A DNA stretch of 64,000 bases from an uncultured virus (IMG/VR IMGVR_UViG_3300009678_000003) (taxonomy: Duplodnaviria > Heunggongvirae > Uroviricota > Caudoviricetes): IMG/VR virus record IMGVR_UViG_3300009678_000003; one strand, given 5' to 3'. This document shows, piece after piece, positions 57,725 through 64,000 of the stretch (position 1 is its first letter; each line of letters starts with the position of its first letter). The position numbers and the translations under genes were made by a program. The notes below the pieces were generated by a model that was given only the letters and a program-made list of their open reading frames with translations, was not told the DNA's origin and did not search any database.

Positions 57725-58105
57725 ATGCCAGAACCAAAAACGCAATGGTGGTTTCTAAAGCTAAGCTGGATTGGATCTGGCTGCATGTATTCTGGTGTGA
57801 TCGTCGCGGCATATTCGTTCCTCATCCTAATCCGCTATATACGCAGCCCCGATGGCACCATCAAACCCTTATGGTTCGGGCCACCCCCGGTAGCGTTTGA
57901 AACCGCCGCGCTGTTTGTGATTCTAGGGTTGTCCGTGTTCTGGGCTGGATGGGGATTAGGTTGGATCGGGGATAGGCTCTTTCGAGATGACCCAGGGTAT
58001 AAACATCGTGAGTTGACGTTGGTGGAGCAGGTGCAGGTAGTCATCGCAGTGCTGAGTTCAGCAGTCATGCTCGTGTCCAGTATATTTGCCCTGTTGCGTC
58101 GGTGA
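57725..58105 (+). CDS. 3-TM membrane protein
   Basis: Hydrophobic segments. Confidence 0.55.
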   Translation: MPEPKTQWWFLKLSWIGSGCMYSGVIVAAYSFLILIRYIRSPDGTIKPLWFGPPPVAFETAALFVILGLSVFWAGWGLGWIGDRLFRDDPGYKHRELTLVEQVQVVIAVLSSAVMLVSSIFALLRR

Positions 58106-58270
58106 GGACATGCCCGTGCAACCCACCGACGAAGAACTCCTCTTTCCCTGCGTCGTTTGCGGGGACGAGTCGGACGCGATGATTTGCGATAAATGCTGGG
58201 AGGACTACAAGCGGATCGCAGGCCTATCTAATGGCCAACATGAGTAGGGCCTTCTAAGGGGGTACGCATC

Positions 58271-59050
58271 TTGACTGAAGATCCCATATCTAGACCAATT
58301 ATCAATCCTGATCCGACTCCACTCACAACCCAAGCTCTCTGGCGAGAGATTGCCGCTCTCAAGGAGTTGTTCGAGACACGCCTACAAGCCGTAGAAACCG
58401 GAATCGAGGTTGCGCATGGAGACCTTGTGCGGTTCCCGACTGAGGTTCAGAAACAGATTGCTAACCTCAAAGAGTTACACGACAGCAAGATTTTGTGCAA
58501 TGAGCACGAGGTGGGTCTTATTCGTCAGGTCATTGAGACTAGACTCGACGGCATGGATAAAGCGATGCAGTTGCTGCAAGCTATTGCAGACGCATTTCCG
58601 GCTCGCATCGACGAAAAGATTCAATCACTGGAAAAGGTTCACGAAGAGAAGTTTAGAAGCATCGGGGTTCAGTTTGTAGAACGAGATACTCGGACGGAGC
58701 AGACCTCGCGTGACAGCAAGGTCGCAGTGGACGCTGCTCTTCAGGCGGCCAAAGAAGCAGTGGGAGAGCAGAATCGGTCCAGCGCTCTGGCGATTGCCAA
58801 GAGCGAAGCCGCAACGGCAAAACAGATTGACCAGCAAGGACTGCTTATTTCTACGACTGCGAAAGCGTCCGATGAAAAGATCGACGATCTAAAGGAACGG
58901 CTGACAAGAATCGAAGGCACCGGGACAGGAGCGGCTGGAGCTCGGGCTACTCAGCAAACTTCAAACAGTTTCATGGTTGCAGTGGTTTTCGGTTTCTGCG
59001 GAGTGTTGGTAGGCATTGTCACACTGATCGCCCGCTTCGCCGGCAGATGA
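58271..59050 (+). CDS. coiled-coil protein with C-terminal TM
   Basis: Heptads; AVDAALQAAKEAV; terminal TM. Confidence 0.65.
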   Translation: MTEDPISRPIINPDPTPLTTQALWREIAALKELFETRLQAVETGIEVAHGDLVRFPTEVQKQIANLKELHDSKILCNEHEVGLIRQVIETRLDGMDKAMQLLQAIADAFPARIDEKIQSLEKVHEEKFRSIGVQFVERDTRTEQTSRDSKVAVDAALQAAKEAVGEQNRSSALAIAKSEAATAKQIDQQGLLISTTAKASDEKIDDLKERLTRIEGTGTGAAGARATQQTSNSFMVAVVFGFCGVLVGIVTLIARFAGR

Positions 59051-59639
59051 GCCGCTCCACCGACTACTTCATCATCGCCGTGCTCGCCGGGCTGGTGATT
59101 GCCGGGCTGTTGATGGTGAAGTGCTGATTCTCTCTTAGTTTCTAAAGAATAAGCACCTAAGGAAACGGGGAGGTATTTTGGCGAAGGACTCCCTACAAAA
59201 CGTCCCTCGCCTGACTGCACCTTGAGGTGTCCGGGTGTGGTCAATGGCCCCAGTGACAGTTATGATTGCACTGGATTGAGCAGACTATTCGAGGCATCAA
59301 ACGCCCACGCTTCCCGCGCTCTACTCTTTCGGACTCACGCTGCGCCCTTGGGATTCCCTACTTGGCGCCATACCTGTTCAGTCGCTGGCAGGGTCCGCGT
59401 CCTTTGCTGAACAGTATTCAGTTGTAAAAACAAAAAAGCCTGTTCTTTGAAGAAAGGCCGGCCGGGCAGAAGTCTTACTCTTGGGTGATAAAGCCAAGAG
59501 AGCCGAGCCTTTCATCGAAAAACAGGCTTAGGTTGCTTCTGCCCCTGCTGTTTACTGCGTCGATCTATCAACTTCGACGGGTCAAGATTAGCGAACCCTG
59601 CATCACTTTAGCAAGAAAAAAATAGCACAAGGAGAAACC

Positions 59640-59954
59640 GTGGCCCCTCGCGTTTGGCACTCTTTTGATACTGTCGACTGGTTCAGAGTAAGCATCTTCA
59701 TAGCGGCGGTCAGCGTTTTTTGGGCCACGATGGTCGCAGTTATCCCAGACCCTTACGCCAAATGGGTGTCCACTTTTCTTCTAGGCGTTTCAAATGCCGT
59801 GGCTCTGATGCTTCGCTCCGGCAAATCCCGTGTGGAAAAAATTGGGGATAAGTTTGAAGAGCTGGAGACCAAGAAAGAGGAAACGCGCGTGGAAATAACC
59901 GAGCTTCTTTCGAACGAAGCCAAAGAGAAGGCCGAGCAGGCCGAGAAAAAATAG
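59640..59954 (+). CDS. 2-TM protein with charged tail (holin-like)
   Basis: Hydrophobicity; AAGGAG RBS. Confidence 0.55.
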   Translation: MAPRVWHSFDTVDWFRVSIFIAAVSVFWATMVAVIPDPYAKWVSTFLLGVSNAVALMLRSGKSRVEKIGDKFEELETKKEETRVEITELLSNEAKEKAEQAEKK

Positions 59955-59962
59955 GAGGGTTT

Positions 59963-60166
59963 ATGGTTTCAGGAGATGTGCTTCTATCGTTGCTGGTTCA
60001 ACTGGTAATAGCAGGGCTGATCTTCTGGCTCATTTGGTGGTTCATCGACTACGTGAAGGTGCCAGAGCCATTCAACAAGGTCATCCGGGTGATCCTCGGA
60101 GTGGTTGTGCTGGTCTACCTCATCAATATTCTGCTGGGTCTGAGCGGCCGACCGCTGATCAGGTGA
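59963..60166 (+). CDS. 2-TM small membrane protein (Thivi_2564-like)
   Basis: LIFWLIWW..VPEPFNKVIRV. Confidence 0.65.
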   Translation: MVSGDVLLSLLVQLVIAGLIFWLIWWFIDYVKVPEPFNKVIRVILGVVVLVYLINILLGLSGRPLIR

Positions 60167-60336
60167 GCTTAATTGCTCATCCTTGCCAAAAATAACGGAG
60201 TAAGCTATCAACGCAATCAAACTTCTCCAACGACGCTAGCCCGGCAGGGCGGCGTGTTCAATGGAGCCAAAGAAGTAAAGAGAGGGCTGTCACCGTATAC
60301 GGCGGTGGGAGCCCTTTCTTTTTGGAATAAGAGGAG

Positions 60337-60693
60337 GTGAGAATGGCAAAAGAACAACCAGACAAGAAAGGCCTGTTCGGTTTCGGAGGCGGTGAGGAAA
60401 AAAAACTGCTGAAGGAACTCAAGGCCGAGGTCGTGCAACTCAAGTCTGAAGTTCAGAAACTAGGTGGAGCTGTCAGCGAGTTGTCGAAAGTCGTTGGCGA
60501 GGGGAAGCCGATCGACGTTCAATTCTCGTGGCCGATGGATCACGAGTTGTTGCAGATCGTGAAGGACATCCAGGCGCGTCTGCCCGCAGCAGACTCCGCG
60601 ACGAAGGAACAGATTGACCAGATTTTAGGACCAGCGGTAGCCGGTTTGGGAGAAGTAGGCAAGGAGGCGCCGCCCGTTGACCCACAACCTTAG
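60337..60693 (+). CDS. hypothetical coiled-coil protein
   Basis: GAGGAGG RBS. Confidence 0.6.
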   Translation: MRMAKEQPDKKGLFGFGGGEEKKLLKELKAEVVQLKSEVQKLGGAVSELSKVVGEGKPIDVQFSWPMDHELLQIVKDIQARLPAADSATKEQIDQILGPAVAGLGEVGKEAPPVDPQP

Positions 60694-60775
60694 ATAGAGG
60701 AACTGGGTAGAGATTCCTGCACCTGCCCAGAAGTAGAAACAAGTCAGGAATCATTTCAAAAAAAGGAGAATCATC

Positions 60776-61012
60776 ATGGCAACAGAAACTCTGCAGGGAT
60801 ACGCAGATCAGATCAACACCGAGACCAATCGCATTGGGGCTCTTTTGCAGTCCAAGGAAGCAGCCCTGGCTGCGGCCTCGACCGTGGAAGAGGTTCACGC
60901 AGTTCTGGGTCCAGTCTTGATCCCGCTACAGGCGTTAGGCAAGACAGTCGAGCCGGTTCCAGTTCCAGATCCGGACCCCCCGGTTGATCCGGCTTCCTCT
61001 CGCCGACGGTAA
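60776..61012 (+). CDS. hypothetical protein
   Basis: AAGGAG RBS, terminator follows. Confidence 0.6.
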   Translation: MATETLQGYADQINTETNRIGALLQSKEAALAAASTVEEVHAVLGPVLIPLQALGKTVEPVPVPDPDPPVDPASSRRR

Positions 61013-61019
61013 CAACCTC

Positions 61020-61045
61020 AGCCCGGTCGCAAGGCCGGGCTTTTT
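61020..61045 (+). terminator. intrinsic terminator
   Basis: agcccggtc-gcaa-ggccgggct then T-run. Confidence 0.85.
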
Positions 61046-61054
61046 CATCCTCCC

Positions 61055-61933
61055 ATGAACTATCGAACGGCCAGACAAGTCTTGGGCACCCATTCAGCTT
61101 CGACCTATACCGATATCAAGCAGGCGTTTCGAAGGAAGGCAAAGGAATTACATCCAGATCACAATCCTAGCCCAACAGCCGCCGCCAGGTTTGCGACTTT
61201 GACACAAGCTCACAAGTTCCTGATGGAGTACCGTTCCCCGTTCCAATCCAGGCGCTATTCAGACAAGTCAACGCGCGCCCGGGGAATTCACAAGCGCCAT
61301 CGGTGTTTTGCGCTAGTGCTTCGGCAGACGGCAGCATTGATTCTTATTCTTTGCGCCTCGGCTCTGGCCCAGACTGAGCCTTATCTGAATGTTGCTTGGG
61401 ATCTAATACCGGCTACCGAGGGAGTGGCTGTCAATTACCGGGTTCAAACCACGGTCGGGAGCCTGCCGTTCATCACAGCGGCCGAGTGTGTCTTGCCGCC
61501 GTGCCTGGTGACTGGAATTGAGGCTTCGACCACCTACAAGATTCGAGTGGCCGGCATTGAAGCCAACGGGACGGAAGGCGATTATTCTGACCCAATCAGC
61601 TTCAAGTTCTCATCGATTCAGCCCATTTCTCCAACGTCTTTGAGTGTTTCGTCGGCGACTAGCAGCCAGCCGGGGAAGATCACCAAACAACTATCCTGGT
61701 CAGCTACGACGAAGTTTAGAACTGGAGCTTTGTTTCCTGCTGGCTCAGTGGTCGAATATCGAGTTTATCAAGCGGCGGGCAATGGACTTACGTTGGTTGT
61801 CTTCAATTCACTAGCAAATTCAATGACGGTCGATCTGGACAAAAATCGCAGCTATCAGTTCTGGGTCACTTGCATCGTCGATGGCGTGGAGTCTTTCACG
61901 TCGCCAGCAGTTCGTATCACCACTCAAACTTAG
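61055..61933 (+). CDS. J-domain protein fused to hydrophobic segment and two FN3-like domains
   Basis: IKQAFRRKAKELHPDHNP; LILILCASALAQ; TTYKIRVAG, SYQFWVT. Confidence 0.7.
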   Translation: MNYRTARQVLGTHSASTYTDIKQAFRRKAKELHPDHNPSPTAAARFATLTQAHKFLMEYRSPFQSRRYSDKSTRARGIHKRHRCFALVLRQTAALILILCASALAQTEPYLNVAWDLIPATEGVAVNYRVQTTVGSLPFITAAECVLPPCLVTGIEASTTYKIRVAGIEANGTEGDYSDPISFKFSSIQPISPTSLSVSSATSSQPGKITKQLSWSATTKFRTGALFPAGSVVEYRVYQAAGNGLTLVVFNSLANSMTVDLDKNRSYQFWVTCIVDGVESFTSPAVRITTQT

Positions 61934-62294
61934 AAAGGAGAATCGCATGGTTCCTAAATTCATCTTCGAGAATGGCGTTGTCAGGAATGAATTTGGCTAC
62001 TGGTTAGATCTGAACGAGATCAAATCAAGTTATCCTTGGCTCAATGAGCCATTATTCCTGCTCCATTGCGTCTATGAGGACTTTCAGAGAAAGAGTCATC
62101 CAGAGTGTATCATCAGCGGTGGCGACCAGGTTCTCGGGACCCGGTTCAACGTGTACGGTCTGCCCAAGGAGTTTGCGAACTCTTTGACAATGGAAGGGCA
62201 GGAGCTCCTACCGAAGTTGCAAGAGTACTTCGGAGAGCAGACAGTAGAAAACGTCAGCAAGAAGGTGGGCCAAAAAAAGGTTGGTGGGAAATGA
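61881..62294 (+). CDS. hypothetical protein (start likely MVPKF)
   Basis: AAAGGAG RBS. Confidence 0.55.
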   Translation: MAWSLSRRQQFVSPLKLRKENRMVPKFIFENGVVRNEFGYWLDLNEIKSSYPWLNEPLFLLHCVYEDFQRKSHPECIISGGDQVLGTRFNVYGLPKEFANSLTMEGQELLPKLQEYFGEQTVENVSKKVGQKKVGGK

Positions 62295-62737
62295 AGATTC
62301 GTGTAAGACAGCAATTAGTCGCAGTGCTCTTGATACTCGTTCTCGCGGCCTGTAAGGATGAGTCGATCCGCAAAGCCGCCCGTGCAAGCGACGACATGGC
62401 GGTGACGATTTCGCTCGCCATCGACACAAAGCGGCAGTTGGCATTGGCCGGACTACTGAAGCCAGAGGAAGAGATACCCTTGACGCTGGGCCTCCAGAAG
62501 GTCAATACCGCAGTGAAGGCTTTTTACCTCCAGGTCAAGAACACCAGCACGCTGGATCCGGCAGCCAAGAATCAGTTGCTGCTCTTGTTTTCCGGCATCA
62601 CCACGTCAGTTGAAGAGCTGAATCAGCAGGGAGTCTTAGGCATCAGGAACGAGGAAGCAAAGACGAAGATCTCAGCGGTCCTGGCTGCGTTCACCACAGC
62701 GTTCGCGGCCATCCAGGTCGCATTGGGAGGTGCCTGA
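62291..62737 (+). CDS. lipoprotein
   Basis: MKIRVRQQLVAVLLILVLAAC lipobox. Confidence 0.7.
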   Translation: MKIRVRQQLVAVLLILVLAACKDESIRKAARASDDMAVTISLAIDTKRQLALAGLLKPEEEIPLTLGLQKVNTAVKAFYLQVKNTSTLDPAAKNQLLLLFSGITTSVEELNQQGVLGIRNEEAKTKISAVLAAFTTAFAAIQVALGGA

Positions 62738-62925
62738 TGTCAGCACTCATTATTGCTCTACTACCACTGATCACCAACCTGACTCCTGTGCTGGTTGCGG
62801 CGATCATGCGTATCAAGGCTCAAGGCGGCAAGACAACCGCCGAGATCATCGCTGACGCTGGCGTTACTCTGGACGAGAACGATCGTAAGCTTATTGAGGA
62901 CCTGGTTAGGCTTGGTGTGCTTTGA
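62737..62925 (+). CDS. small hydrophobic protein
   Basis: TGATG coupling. Confidence 0.55.
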   Translation: MSALIIALLPLITNLTPVLVAAIMRIKAQGGKTTAEIIADAGVTLDENDRKLIEDLVRLGVL

Positions 62926-62972
62926 GGTAAGCGGGGCCTGTTTCAGCTCCAGCAGGATTGTAGGTTGGAGGT

Positions 62973-63788
62973 TTAGGGCGTAGGCTTCCGCTTCGCTGCG
63001 AGGAAAGCGGAGATCTGTCTACCAACGCGCAGCTCTCCATAGCTTGTAGACGCATCATCACCTTTGCAGTAAATGTGCGCTTGGCACAGCAACCCAACCG
63101 CCTCGTCCAGCCTGCGTTGCAGGGCGTGAATAGTCGTATCACAAGCGTTGTGTTCGGCCTTAAACTTCTCATCCTTGCCATCGGATTTGAAGAAGGCAGA
63201 CTGCTCGTCAAGAATTTCACCAAGCTGACGCTGGCTCTGGGCGAGCTGCTGCGCTAGGTCGTCTCGTTCGTACCGAGTAACCTGTAATTGACCTAGCAAA
63301 GACAACCCTTCTGAGATAGCTCTGTTAGTCAGTGACGAGTCTTCAGCTTCTTGATATGAACTGAGCCTGTCCGCCCCGCCTTCAGATTGTGCTGTGGTCC
63401 CGAGCCGTTCTTCAGGCGTTGTTTCTGCTGGCGTCTCACCCTTCTGGTTCTTATTTTTGAACGCATAGCCAACCCGCTTTTTGCGTACCTCATCGTCACG
63501 CTGTTTTGTCATCCCAACCAAATCCCTCTTCAGCCACCCAATCTCCTCCCGCGCCTGCTGGAGTTCGGCGGCAAGCGCATCCAATCTCTGCTGTCTGTCA
63601 GCCATTCGAATCTTTGCGTCATCTACGATCTCTTGAAGCCGCTCGTTTTCGGCTTGGAGCACGGCGAAGTCGATGGTGTAGGCCGCTTTGAGCAACTTTC
63701 CCATCCACTTGCTCGGACAGTTAAAATCGTTGTGTAAGTTAATACCAACGGCTGCTTCAATCGCTTCCTCACTCGGCTCATTTGGCAT
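62973..63788 (-). CDS. coiled-coil hypothetical protein
   Basis: 271-aa ORF, AAGGAG RBS. Confidence 0.6.
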   Translation of the reverse strand: MPNEPSEEAIEAAVGINLHNDFNCPSKWMGKLLKAAYTIDFAVLQAENERLQEIVDDAKIRMADRQQRLDALAAELQQAREEIGWLKRDLVGMTKQRDDEVRKKRVGYAFKNKNQKGETPAETTPEERLGTTAQSEGGADRLSSYQEAEDSSLTNRAISEGLSLLGQLQVTRYERDDLAQQLAQSQRQLGEILDEQSAFFKSDGKDEKFKAEHNACDTTIHALQRRLDEAVGLLCQAHIYCKGDDASTSYGELRVGRQISAFLAAKRKPTP

Positions 63789-64000
63789 TAGCTCGCTCCT
63801 TGCGCTTCTACAGTGGATTCAATCTTCTCATCAACAAGGACTTGGCAAACCCTGACACACTCATCACAAATGTAAGCTGACTTACCAGCCACAAGTTTAC
63901 GAACCTCATTTCTCCACTTTGAACAAAACGAGCAGCACATCTCGGCTGGAAGGCTTCGCTCGAAACCTTCTAGTACCTTGAACGGGATAGTGACATCGCC
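63788..64000 (-). CDS. ClpX C4-type Zn-finger protein, 5'-truncated by window
   Basis: Manual translation ...[27 protein letters not shown]... Confidence 0.75.
   Translation of the reverse strand, partial: GDVTIPFKVLEGFERSLPAEMCCSFCSKWRNEVRKLVAGKSAYICDECVRVCQVLVDEKIESTVEAQGAS

Overview
Most of a tailed (siphovirus-like) dsDNA phage genome, ~55% GC by eye; both ends cut genes, and minus-strand early-type genes at both ends suggest a circularly permuted genome slightly longer than the window. Bases 1-14000 are a minus-strand early arm: Tas-like gene, integrase remnant, Xis-like HTH, DNA methyltransferase, VRR-NUC, Mom-like GNAT, replication protein, HNHs, Gp157, recombination protein, PAPS-reductase-like protein and Cro-like HTH. 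Bases 14100-62900 are a plus-strand late arm: TerS/TerL, portal, a long head-accessory block, MuF-like protein, a glycosyl-/methyltransferase cluster, protease, capsid, neck, tail, M15 endolysin and membrane proteins. Main discoveries: (1) a stand-alone Cas7/RAMP-like gene (11635-12246) flanked on both sides by non-coding arrays of strict 5-nt period (constant GGY plus variable NN on the coding strand), a candidate RNA-guided system of the VIPR type; (2) a two-unit 36-nt TIGR-like array upstream of a Tas/IS110-like gene, one unit of which matches 15 contiguous nt of the phage's own tape-measure gene; (3) an Flp pilin gene missed by the ORF track because a group I intron splits it, with an overlapping HNH ORF whose stop codon is created by splicing; (4) several duplicated structured non-coding elements. 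All product calls come from motif recognition by eye, with no database searches. An Acidobacteria-like host is only a weak inference.
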